From Candidatus Micrarchaeota archaeon (GTDB taxonomy: Archaea > Micrarchaeota > Micrarchaeia > Anstonellales > Bilamarchaeaceae), in contig JACRGB010000039.1 of NCBI GenBank assembly GCA_016212505.1, positions 1,590 to 65,589 of the forward strand: DNA of 64,000 nt. Direction: 5' to 3'. Below the pieces are notes generated by a model, which worked only from the letters and a program-made list of their open reading frames with translations, searched no databases and was not told the DNA's origin. The stretch's first letter is position 1, and every line of letters begins with the position of its first letter. The position numbers and the translations under genes are program-made. Positions 34,697 through 43,181 of this stretch are shown piece by piece.

Positions 34697-34918
34697 AAGG
34701 AGCCTATACCATCCACTCAATCCTGTATCTTACAAGCACGGATCATTACGCTTATGGTTGCTTCTTTCGATCTGGCCAGGTTCACGAAGTGCTCCGCCAT
34801 ATAAGGCAGGACTTCAACGCTTCAGAGTACAGGGCATGCATTAAATGCAAAACGCCCCGGGCATTCGAGTCATCTAAGGGGACATATGAAGTCGGGACCC
34901 CTAGCCCCGCTCTAGCCC
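34697..34918 (-). ncRNA. ffs: SRP RNA (7S/4.5S family); ends approximate
   Basis: The minus strand reads ...GUGAACCUGGCCAGAUCGAAAGAAGCAACCAUAAGCGUAAUGAUCCGUG... This closely parallels the universally conserved SRP helix-8 region (E. coli ACCAGGUCAGGUCCGGAAGGAAGCAGCCAAGGCAGAUGACGCGUG), with a GNRA loop GAAA. The 5-prime GGGCUAG begins 26 nt after a TATA box, and an oligo-T run lies at about 34697. Confidence 0.75.
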
Positions 34919-34939
34919 AAAATAACTATGTTTCTAAGG

Positions 34940-34947
34940 TAATTTAA
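34940..34947 (-). promoter_or_regulatory. TATA box for the SRP RNA gene
   Basis: TTAAATTA on the minus strand, centred about 26 nt upstream of the GGGC start. Confidence 0.4.
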
Positions 34948-34959
34948 GGCTAATCTAAT

Positions 34960-35646
34960 TCAGAATACCCGCTCGCCAACGTAAACTTTTACTCCGCTCG
35001 GAGTTACCTTAAACGGCACAAGGTCGCGTGAGTGGTCGGTACCACGCATCTTGAAGATTTCAAGAGCGCGAATGCGGCGATCCTCACGGTCAAGATTGTA
35101 CAAGTTGATTATTCCATCCATTACAAAATGCTCAATATCAAATTTCATTTCTTCTTTTTTGGCAGTATTGGCCTCAACCGTAGTCAGTGTGGTTACTTCA
35201 AGATTTCTTAGCAATGAAAGGAATTCGAACAAAGTCTGCCGGTATTCGTTTTCATTTTTGAACGACAGCCGTATCATCGTTGAAGAATCAATTACTGCCC
35301 GTTTCACATTATTCGAAGTAATCCGATCCTCAAGGAGATTCGCAACTTCCTCAAGCTCGAACTTTTCAGGTTTTACTATTTCGAGCTTTTTTGACTTTAT
35401 CAGTTCGCTTACATCTGCGAGCATTGGGAATGTGCTCTTCATGTTTTCTACGATATCATCTTCAGTTTCCTCCAAAGTAATATACAGCCCGTTTTCCCCT
35501 GTTTTTGCTCCATGGTAAAGGAATTCAAATGCAAAAGAAGTCTTACCGGCACCAGGCCCGCCATAAAGGGCTATGTGCCGGCCTTTGGGGATCCCGCCAT
35601 TTAACATCTCATCCAATCCTGCTATGCCGGTTTTAATTCGATCCAT
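34960..35646 (-). CDS. KaiC/RadA-like RecA-superfamily ATPase (single domain)
   Basis: MDRIKTGIAGLDEMLNGGIPKGRHIALYGGPGAGKTSFAFEFLYHG (Walker A), plus Walker B VIDS. The start was taken at ATG 35646; the track ORF extension overlaps rfcS. Confidence 0.8.
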   Translation of the reverse strand: MDRIKTGIAGLDEMLNGGIPKGRHIALYGGPGAGKTSFAFEFLYHGAKTGENGLYITLEETEDDIVENMKSTFPMLADVSELIKSKKLEIVKPEKFELEEVANLLEDRITSNNVKRAVIDSSTMIRLSFKNENEYRQTLFEFLSLLRNLEVTTLTTVEANTAKKEEMKFDIEHFVMDGIINLYNLDREDRRIRALEIFKMRGTDHSRDLVPFKVTPSGVKVYVGERVF

Positions 35647-35734
35647 AAATCTAATCACCGTGACTTTCAAATGAATTTTTCTAATCACTTTAATCCGATA
35701 ATCTTTATATATGTTCATTCCATTTTCTTTTCCA

Positions 35735-36700
35735 ATGAAAAACATTGACATCTTACCCTGGACCGAGAAATACCGCCCTAAAAAGCTTGATGAAGTTGTG
35801 GGCCAGCTAGATGCAGTCTCAACGCTAGTGGCATTTGTAAAATCAAAGAACATGCCGAACTTACTCTTCGCAGGGCCTCCGGGGGTGGGAAAAACAACCT
35901 GCGCCATGGCTTTGGCTCACGAACTTTATGGAGATAGCCTCCAGGGGAATTTCCTCGAGCTCAATGCGAGCGATGAGCGTGGCATCGAAGTTGTTCGTGG
36001 AAGGATTAAGGATTTTGCCCGGGCAGTCTCAATGGGCGAGGCGCCATTCAAATTAATCTTCCTTGATGAAGGCGATGCACTAACTACTGATGCGCAGCAG
36101 GCATTGCGCAGGACAATGGAATCATCATCAATGGTAAGCCGGTTCATCATATCTGCAAATTACTCCTCAAGAATAATCGAACCGATCCAGAGCAGGTGCG
36201 CAGTATTTCGCTTCATGCCACTAAAGGAAAAGGAAGTAATTGCGGCCCTTGAGCATGTAGCAAAAGCAGAAAAGCTCAAAATTGATGAAGAGGCGTACAA
36301 GGCACTGTTCTATGTATGCGAAGGTGATATGCGAAGGGCACTAACAATCTTGCAGAGCTGCGCCATGCAGTCTAATCATATAAAGGCAGAATTGGTTCAT
36401 AAGATAAGTGCTCAGGCAACTCCGAAAGAAGTAAAAGAGATGATGGAGTTTGCCGTAAAGGGAAAATTCAAGGAAGCAAGGGAGCATCTTGACAAGTTAA
36501 TTATTACTTATGGATTAAGCGGGGAAGATATCCTGATGCAGGTTTACCGCGAAGTTCCGAAATTATCAATTGACGAGCGGGAGAAAATCAAACTAATTGC
36601 CCTAGTTGGCGAATATAATTTTAGATTGGTGCAAGGCGCGAACGAGCGAATTCAGATTGAAGCATTGCTTGCGCAATTTGCGTTAAGTTCTGGGAAATAA
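35735..36700 (+). CDS. rfcS: replication factor C small subunit
   Basis: PWTEKYRPKKLDEVVGQ, Walker A GPPGVGKTT, FLDEGDALT, and the SRC motif (IQSRCAVFRF). Confidence 0.9.
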   Translation: MKNIDILPWTEKYRPKKLDEVVGQLDAVSTLVAFVKSKNMPNLLFAGPPGVGKTTCAMALAHELYGDSLQGNFLELNASDERGIEVVRGRIKDFARAVSMGEAPFKLIFLDEGDALTTDAQQALRRTMESSSMVSRFIISANYSSRIIEPIQSRCAVFRFMPLKEKEVIAALEHVAKAEKLKIDEEAYKALFYVCEGDMRRALTILQSCAMQSNHIKAELVHKISAQATPKEVKEMMEFAVKGKFKEAREHLDKLIITYGLSGEDILMQVYREVPKLSIDEREKIKLIALVGEYNFRLVQGANERIQIEALLAQFALSSGK

Positions 36701-36776
36701 TCTAACCTCACTCATAGGCCTTGATAGAAAGAACCTTTATTATTTCTCCGTTCTTAGGTTAACTTGGTTGATTATT

Positions 36777-37154
36777 ATGGATAAGGTAGTGCATTTTGAA
36801 ATCCCTGCAGATGATATGAAGAGGGCAGAAAAATTCTATAAAGAAAATTTCGGATGGAACATCAACCTTGTACCTCAGTTTAATTATGCAATTCTCCATA
36901 CCGGACCAACTGATGAGAAAGGAATGACTAAAGAGCCTGGCTTTATTAATGGCGGAATGCTGAAAAGAACTGATCCAGTGAAATCACCAGTTATAACAAT
37001 AAATGTTGATTCTATTGACAAATCTTTGCTAAAAATAGAAAAAACCGGCGGCAAAACAATAAGAGGCAAACTACCTGTTGGCGATATGGGCTATGCTGCT
37101 TACTTTTTGGATAGCGAAGGAAATGTAATTGGTTTATGGGAAAATAGGAAGTAG
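36777..37154 (+). CDS. VOC (glyoxalase/bleomycin-resistance) family protein
   Basis: VVHFEIPADDMKRAEKFYKENFGW ... GYAAYFLDSEGNVIGLWE is typical of a VOC fold. Confidence 0.75.
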   Translation: MDKVVHFEIPADDMKRAEKFYKENFGWNINLVPQFNYAILHTGPTDEKGMTKEPGFINGGMLKRTDPVKSPVITINVDSIDKSLLKIEKTGGKTIRGKLPVGDMGYAAYFLDSEGNVIGLWENRK

Positions 37155-37162
37155 CGATCTTT

Positions 37163-38593
37163 ATGTCACGTATTGAAGAAGATTTTATTGGCAAAGTCCA
37201 GATTCCCGCTAATGCTTATTACGGTTCATTTACCGCTCGAGCTCATCAGAACTTTAATTTGAGTGATCACAAAGTCGCTCATGAGATAACTTATTCTGTT
37301 GCTTTGATAAAAAAATGCGCAGCACTGGCCAATTCCGATCTTGGAAAGCTTGACCAAAAAGTTGCAAAGGCAATTGTTCATGCAGCTGATGAAGTAATTA
37401 GCGGCAAATTCAACAAAGAATTTATTCTCGATGCCTTCCAGGCCGGTGCAGGTACTCCGCTGCACATGAATGTTAATGAAGTAATTGCAAATCGGGCAGA
37501 AGAACTCCTTGGTGGCAAGGTCGGCCACTACAAATTTGTTCATCCAAACAACCACGTAAATATGTCTCAAAGTTCAAATGATGTCACTCCAACTGCGATC
37601 CGGCTTGCTTCCTTAACTGTTGCAGTCTCATTCAAAAAACAGGCCCACTCGCTGATAAAAATCTTAGATAAAAGAGGTCAAGACTACAAAAATACATTAA
37701 AAATAGGCAGAACTCATCTTCAGGATGCAGTTCCTATGACTTATGGCCAAACATTTTCTGCTTATGCTAGTGCGCTTTCGAAAGATTTGACTGAACTCGA
37801 CAACGCACTTAAGCGAATTGGCGAACTCGGGATTGGTGGAACAGCAACCGGCTCAGGAATAACCACTCACCCAAAATTCCGCGAAAAAATTGTTCATTAT
37901 ATTCGCAAAGAAACCGGTCTCGATGTCCGGTCATCTAATGATTGCATAGAGCTCACCCAAAATATGAATGCCTTTCTTATGCTATCCGCAGCACTTCGTG
38001 CCTATGCCCTAACTCTTAACCGAATTGCAAATGACCTTCGCTTGCTAGCCTCTGGGCCAAAAGGAGGAATAGCGGAAATAATTTTGGAAGAAGTTGAACC
38101 CGGTTCATCCATAATGCCTGGAAAAGTTAACCCATCTGTTCCTGAAGCAGTGAATATGGTTTGCATGCAGGTTATTGCAAATGACCAGGCCATTCTGCTT
38201 GGCGCGCAAGGCGGGCAACTGGAGCTTAACTTTTGTACTCCTTTAATTGGCCATAACCTACTAGAGGCAGAAAAATTACTCACCCGGTGTAGTGCGATGT
38301 TTGAGCATTGTATTACAAATCTAAAAGTTGATGAAAAACGAACAAAAGAAAATTTTGAGCGTTCTTTTGGCTATGCAACTGCATTCAATCCTTATCTCGG
38401 TTACTCAAGAGTATCGAAATTAGTTAGCGAAGCGTACAAAAGAAAAACTTCTTTGCGCGAGTTAATTATTGAAAAAGGTATTCTTAGCGAAAATGATGTT
38501 GATAAAATAATTGCAAGTGCAACCGGCCCCTCAATAGTTGATGAATCGATGAAAAAATCTGTGGAAAGATTTTTTCAGCATCGTAAATTATAA
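37163..38593 (+). CDS. class II fumarate hydratase / aspartate ammonia-lyase family enzyme
   Basis: Signature GSSIMPGKVNP, the SSND loop (SQSSNDVTPTA) and an N-terminal E.D..G...IP...YYG pattern. I cannot separate FumC from AspA by eye. Confidence 0.9.
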   Translation: MSRIEEDFIGKVQIPANAYYGSFTARAHQNFNLSDHKVAHEITYSVALIKKCAALANSDLGKLDQKVAKAIVHAADEVISGKFNKEFILDAFQAGAGTPLHMNVNEVIANRAEELLGGKVGHYKFVHPNNHVNMSQSSNDVTPTAIRLASLTVAVSFKKQAHSLIKILDKRGQDYKNTLKIGRTHLQDAVPMTYGQTFSAYASALSKDLTELDNALKRIGELGIGGTATGSGITTHPKFREKIVHYIRKETGLDVRSSNDCIELTQNMNAFLMLSAALRAYALTLNRIANDLRLLASGPKGGIAEIILEEVEPGSSIMPGKVNPSVPEAVNMVCMQVIANDQAILLGAQGGQLELNFCTPLIGHNLLEAEKLLTRCSAMFEHCITNLKVDEKRTKENFERSFGYATAFNPYLGYSRVSKLVSEAYKRKTSLRELIIEKGILSENDVDKIIASATGPSIVDESMKKSVERFFQHRKL

Positions 38594-38619
38594 AATTTAC
38601 GATACAATCAAAAAACGGG

Positions 38620-39198
38620 TCAAGGATTGACTTGTGGCATAACTAAAGTTGTCCCACCAGAAGATCCAATCAAAAGTACAATAAAGGCCGCAAATATTAT
38701 CACTACAAATAGATAGGCCAAAATGGCAATAACGGCACGTCCTTTATCTAGTCTTTGTACTGCCTTTACACTAAGATATCTTAGATATAAGAGATAGATT
38801 CCCACTAGGATTCCCAATATTCCAATTATGGAAATCGTACCGATAATAAAAGTCAATAGTTGTATCAATATACTAATAGGTAGTATTCCCAACTCGATTA
38901 AACTAAGTGAATACAACTGCTCGACATGCCTCCCTTTTCCTCCAAGTGCTTTTCCTACTTCATAAAGTACTGACCCGAGTATGAAAAAAGATACAAATGA
39001 AAGTATCATTGCTCCTACTAAGGAAGATATTGAGTCTCCTTTTAAATGAATTAAAATTCCTAGCATAACTGTGTTCAGTATAATGGCTATTGACACATTT
39101 ATTGTAGTACTTCTCCAGTTAGCGTTTTTTAACTGGCTAGAAAAAAACTTTTCAGCCTTATTAGGATAAAACAAATCTAGGAGCTCTAAAAAGTTCAT
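38620..39198 (-). CDS. polytopic membrane protein (Yip1-like topology)
   Basis: 192 aa with about 5 hydrophobic helices. No catalytic motif. Confidence 0.5.
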   Translation of the reverse strand: MNFLELLDLFYPNKAEKFFSSQLKNANWRSTTINVSIAIILNTVMLGILIHLKGDSISSLVGAMILSFVSFFILGSVLYEVGKALGGKGRHVEQLYSLSLIELGILPISILIQLLTFIIGTISIIGILGILVGIYLLYLRYLSVKAVQRLDKGRAVIAILAYLFVVIIFAAFIVLLIGSSGGTTLVMPQVNP

Positions 39199-39237
39199 TA
39201 TTTATCCTCTCTGCCGGAGCTTCTTTTGCCCAGTCTT

Positions 39238-39660
39238 CTAATATATATCGCTACTTATAAGGTACTCTTTCAGCAAAGTCGTTGCCCTTTTCGGTTTGTC
39301 CACGCTTAATGAGAGTATTGTCGCATTCCCGTCTCTGGAAAGCGTTTGCGCATTGTTGATGTTTATCCCTTCTTTTGAGAGCATTGTCGTTATCTTGCTA
39401 AGTTCCCCTGGCTGGTCGGTCAATTTCACAATTACTGCATTGACTGCCTCAACTTTATAATTTGCAGATTCAAGGACGGTTTTCCCCTTTTCGGCGTCAC
39501 TAAGGTTCAAGGTGATTATTGCTTTTCCTGCAACTACTTCGACATTAACTGATTCTATGTTTATTTTTGATTTGCTTAGTACGTAAGAGATGTCCGCTAA
39601 AAGTCCAACCTTATCTTCAGATACTATTGTCAGTGTTTTCATTTCCCCCACCTTAAACAA
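39238..39660 (-). CDS. tandem ACT-domain protein
   Basis: Two copies of the pattern L.I...D.vG.La.is..L....iNI (TIVSEDKVGLLADISYVLSKSKINI and VKLTDQPGELSKITTMLSKEGINI). Confidence 0.7.
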   Translation of the reverse strand: MFKVGEMKTLTIVSEDKVGLLADISYVLSKSKINIESVNVEVVAGKAIITLNLSDAEKGKTVLESANYKVEAVNAVIVKLTDQPGELSKITTMLSKEGININNAQTLSRDGNATILSLSVDKPKRATTLLKEYLISSDIY

Positions 39661-39706
39661 TGATTTCCTTATTTTTACTTATATTTACCTATAAATTCTA
39701 CTGATT

Positions 39707-40057
39707 CTACTGTATATTATAGATTTGAATATGAGGGATTCTATTTATATAGATAACCTCTTCCTTGGTGACTAAACTCATATCAAGCGCAACTTTTACT
39801 GAATTTTTTCCCACTAAGTTTACTGATCCAAAATTTTTCAGCGCTTCCTTTACTTTTTCCGCATTTACTTTTTCTCCAATGTAAAAATTCCTGTGCTTAT
39901 CAAGATCCATAAAATGATTCTTGTCCTCAAGAACTTTTCCGATGAGCTCTTCATCGCATACTGCAACAATTTTGCCTCTTGGATTTTCGTGTATTTTCAA
40001 GTATAACAAATACTCACCAAACTTTCTTGATTTACGCTTAGCAACTCCTCTGCTCAC
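39707..40057 (-). CDS. DUF424-like archaeal protein
   Basis: LYLKIHE..GKIVAVCDEELIGKVL......FYIGEKV......SVNLVGKNSV......IPHIQIY fits the DUF424 pattern as I recall it. Confidence 0.5.
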   Translation of the reverse strand: MSRGVAKRKSRKFGEYLLYLKIHENPRGKIVAVCDEELIGKVLEDKNHFMDLDKHRNFYIGEKVNAEKVKEALKNFGSVNLVGKNSVKVALDMSLVTKEEVIYINRIPHIQIYNIQ

Positions 40058-40088
40058 ATATTTAATTACTAACTTGCCTCATTTTTCT

Positions 40089-41135
40089 ATGCGTACAAAA
40101 ATCCTAAAATTAACAAATACAAAAAATCCCCGCTCGCTAAATTCAAAACTAAAATCTTCGGCAAAAATAATCCGTTCCGGAGGACTCGTTGTTTTTCCAA
40201 CTGAAACCGTTTATGGGATTGGTGCTAATGGATTAGATGCAAAAGCAGTAAAGAAAATATTTATTGCAAAAGGAAGACCCTCAGATAACCCGTTGATTGT
40301 CCATATTGCTGATGAAAAAGATCTTTCTCTGCTAGTTCGTTCGATTCCTCAAAAAGCAAAAGTTTTAATGAAAAAATTCTGGCCCGGTCCTCTGACAATT
40401 ATTTTGAAAAAAAAGTCTGGTGTTCCGAGTTCTGTGACTGCTGGACTTGATTCAGTCGCAATAAGGATGCCGTCAAATAAAATTGCAAGGTCGCTCATAA
40501 GACTTGCTAAAACTCCAATTGCAGCACCAAGTGCAAATCTTTCTGGAAGACCAAGTCCGACTTCCGCAGAGCATGTTATTACTGATCTTGCTGGAAGAGT
40601 GGATATGATCATTGATGGCGGGCAAACAAAGATTGGGCTCGAATCTACGGTGATCGACTTGACCACCAAGGTACCGACAATATTAAGGCCCGGAAAAATA
40701 ACTTTAGCGCAAATCAAAAAAGTTATTGGTTCGGTTAAATTGCATAAGCACAAACAAAATAGCAAAATTAGCAAAGCAAGATCTCCCGGAATGAAATATC
40801 GCCATTATGCTCCGAATGCAAAATTGTTCGTCATTAAAGGAAATAAAAACAAAGTCAGAAACGAAATAATTAAATTAGTAAAACAATTCAAAAAACAAAA
40901 ATCTCGCGTTGGAATTATTTCATTTAATTATTCTAATTATAGAGCGGATTTAGTTAAGTTTTTTGGCAAAAATTATTTGTTAGCAGCGAAATCCCTTTAT
41001 TCAACATTGAGAGATTTCGATAAGAAAAAGATTGATATTATTCTTTGCGAATCCATTCCAAAAAAAGATTTTGGTTTAGCGATAATGGATCGGTTGGAAA
41101 GAGCTGCAGGTAAGAATGTTATTGAAATTATTTGA
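40089..41135 (+). CDS. sua5: L-threonylcarbamoyladenylate synthase Sua5/TsaC with C-terminal Sua5 domain
   Basis: GGLVVFPTETVYGIGANGLD..AV.KIF.AKGRPSDNPLIVHI, and SANLSGRPSPT. ATG at 40089; the track ORF N-extension overlaps the opposite-strand gene. Confidence 0.9.
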   Translation: MRTKILKLTNTKNPRSLNSKLKSSAKIIRSGGLVVFPTETVYGIGANGLDAKAVKKIFIAKGRPSDNPLIVHIADEKDLSLLVRSIPQKAKVLMKKFWPGPLTIILKKKSGVPSSVTAGLDSVAIRMPSNKIARSLIRLAKTPIAAPSANLSGRPSPTSAEHVITDLAGRVDMIIDGGQTKIGLESTVIDLTTKVPTILRPGKITLAQIKKVIGSVKLHKHKQNSKISKARSPGMKYRHYAPNAKLFVIKGNKNKVRNEIIKLVKQFKKQKSRVGIISFNYSNYRADLVKFFGKNYLLAAKSLYSTLRDFDKKKIDIILCESIPKKDFGLAIMDRLERAAGKNVIEII

Positions 41136-41142
41136 TTTTTAT

Positions 41143-42231
41143 CTACGCAGTTTCTACACCTATTCGTTCTAATGCTGCAAGTGTTGCTTCTCCTGATCTT
41201 TCTCTAACTCCTAAACACCTTATAGTTATTGGCTGAACCAGAAAACCACCGTCAAATCCGTATCCTTCCAAAGTACTATAGTTGACCGCTTCTCTTGCAG
41301 TACCGGCACTTACTCTTGTTTCTCCAACTTCTGCAGCTACTGAGGCAGGGTCTGAAACAGTTGGTCTCTGGCCATCGCCAGCTATGCTAGTAAGACCTGC
41401 TCTCCTCATTGGCGATGGATCAAGCCCACGACTTGAAATAGTCGGACTAAGACCGCATTCACCACTTCCAAAATCATATATTGTGGCATCAAAAGCTATT
41501 TTTTTCCTTGTTTCGCCTTTTGTTATTCGATATAAGTAAATTTCCAGTTTTCCTGCATTTTCCGGTGTTCTTGCAAGTTCTTCTGCATTCAAATTCATCA
41601 GCATTTCTGATTTGAATAAAGTACTATGATATGGATCAGCAAGAACTATCACTGAGCTTCTATCAGAAGTAACAAATTGAGAAATTATTTTTCCTCCAAC
41701 TCTTACTACTGCTGTAAAATAACTATCTCCACTTCCAAGCTGCTTTGGATCTATTCCTAATGATATATAGAATTCTGGCGCAAACATTTCTTCTACAGGC
41801 GCATCTGCCTTTGGGAATGGTAAAAATGTCACCACCTCTATACCTGGCCGTGGCCGAGGGTTTCCAAGAAATCCGCCTATTTCCAATTTTACCTCGTGAG
41901 GTAATTCCTGAGTCGGATTTAATCTAGTTAAAATTGGCATTGTCCAAGTAAAATTCATATTTTCGTTTGGAACCAAAACATTGGCTGGCGCAACGACACT
42001 AATACTCATAGGTACTGGCATCAAAACATCTACGCCTTCTGGAAATTCTTTTGCAAAGTCGACTCTTCTTGATGGTCCTTTTTCTGTTTGTGCTGGTTCA
42101 ACCCATGCTAGCCCACTAATCTTCGGTCTGTTTCCTTCGTGTTCTTTAGCAACTCTCCATGCACGTTCAACTGCCTGTGCCTTTCTGCTTCCAGCAATTC
42201 TTTCAGTTAGTGAAACTAGTTGTCCTGCCAT
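41143..42231 (-). CDS. hypothetical protein (orphan)
   Basis: Long ORF. The start was taken at MAGQLVS (ATG 42231), with TATA-like ctttataaat upstream. No recognised motif. Ala/Gly/Pro/Arg-rich compared with neighbouring genes. Confidence 0.6.
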   Translation of the reverse strand: MAGQLVSLTERIAGSRKAQAVERAWRVAKEHEGNRPKISGLAWVEPAQTEKGPSRRVDFAKEFPEGVDVLMPVPMSISVVAPANVLVPNENMNFTWTMPILTRLNPTQELPHEVKLEIGGFLGNPRPRPGIEVVTFLPFPKADAPVEEMFAPEFYISLGIDPKQLGSGDSYFTAVVRVGGKIISQFVTSDRSSVIVLADPYHSTLFKSEMLMNLNAEELARTPENAGKLEIYLYRITKGETRKKIAFDATIYDFGSGECGLSPTISSRGLDPSPMRRAGLTSIAGDGQRPTVSDPASVAAEVGETRVSAGTAREAVNYSTLEGYGFDGGFLVQPITIRCLGVRERSGEATLAALERIGVETA

Positions 42232-42377
42232 AGTTTTACTATAAACAAAAATCTTTATAAATCTACTTTTTACACTTTTAGCCACATAAAAATTCAATAT
42301 CATAATTTTTTCCGAATTATTCATAAATGTTACGCTACACCAACAATTCCATAGGGGAAATGGTTGGAGAAATATTT

Positions 42378-43100
42378 ATGTCCGTTTTAGCAGCTAGGGC
42401 AACATTAATGCCAGCAGGAAGCAAAAGAACCGCTGAATCTGGTCTTTCGTTATTTATCTCCTCTTCAGAAAGAGTTCCAGTTCACGAAGGTTTGGCTCGT
42501 GCAGATGCGCAAGGTTTAATTGTTGCTTCCAGATTCGATTGGGCCACAAAAAAGGGCGCTGAAGATGCTTTGCCCGCCATAACTGGAACTGCATATGCTT
42601 ATGCTGAGCCTGGAAAAACCTTTAGAGAAGCAGCAAAGAGAATCGCTTCGCTTGGCGGTGGTTATTTTGTTGACGCTGTTTTTGATCAAGGCGGAGAATT
42701 TCAAAAATCCAGATTCTTTCCAGTTCCAGAAGAACATCTAGACCACAGCGGACTTTTGGTCATGAATCATCCTGATTATACTATACATATTGATATTTCT
42801 GGCGAACAAACTTACGTTCCAAGGCCGGGTGCAGTTATTGATCTGCTTGATCTTCCAACAACTTCTGGTCTCTATCATATTCCTGACCCGAAATACGGAA
42901 TCGGTCAGGGAAAAGCAGTTCCAGGTCATGTAAAAGGAGTGGTTATGCTCGTAAGAATTGCCCGGGCGGTTGGCAACATCACAGTTGGAAAACTGAATTT
43001 TGATCATTTTGGCAGTGCGACAATTCTTTATGATTGGGTTTCCGGTCCGTATGGCATGGCTACTTCCGGCTCGGTTGGTCCGGCTGCTCCGATCGTGTAA
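42378..43100 (+). CDS. hypothetical protein (orphan), divergent from 41143-42231
   Basis: ORF with GGAG about 10 nt before ATG 42378. No recognised motif. Confidence 0.6.
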   Translation: MSVLAARATLMPAGSKRTAESGLSLFISSSERVPVHEGLARADAQGLIVASRFDWATKKGAEDALPAITGTAYAYAEPGKTFREAAKRIASLGGGYFVDAVFDQGGEFQKSRFFPVPEEHLDHSGLLVMNHPDYTIHIDISGEQTYVPRPGAVIDLLDLPTTSGLYHIPDPKYGIGQGKAVPGHVKGVVMLVRIARAVGNITVGKLNFDHFGSATILYDWVSGPYGMATSGSVGPAAPIV

Positions 43101-43181
43101 TTATACACACTTTAAAAAACGCTTCGTGTCCTTGTTTATGTACACTTGTTAATAACTGCTAATTAGTTGGTGAACTATTTT

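Noticed and set aside
34292-34720. 142-aa minus-strand ORF (with an internal DLWAIL repeat) spanning the hairpin repeat array
   Set aside because: It starts inside the SRP RNA gene. The repeats show compensatory stem changes and tetraloops, which indicate nucleic-acid structure rather than protein constraint. There is no start context.
30480-34950. Integrase, transposase or reverse transcriptase (DGR) near the tRNA-Glu repeat and the repeat array
   Set aside because: None of the ORFs in this window, or in this stretch specifically, shows tyrosine-recombinase RHRY, DDE or YxDD motifs. The repeats are therefore reported only as scars or elements without an autonomous mobility gene.
35647-35907. 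N-terminal extension of the KaiC-like ORF, and likewise 39921-40088 for Sua5, 22590-22688 for MNT and 54487-54627 for TrmB
   Set aside because: The extensions overlap neighbouring genes or promoters on the other strand. In each case the conserved domain begins at an internal Met with a TATA-like box upstream.
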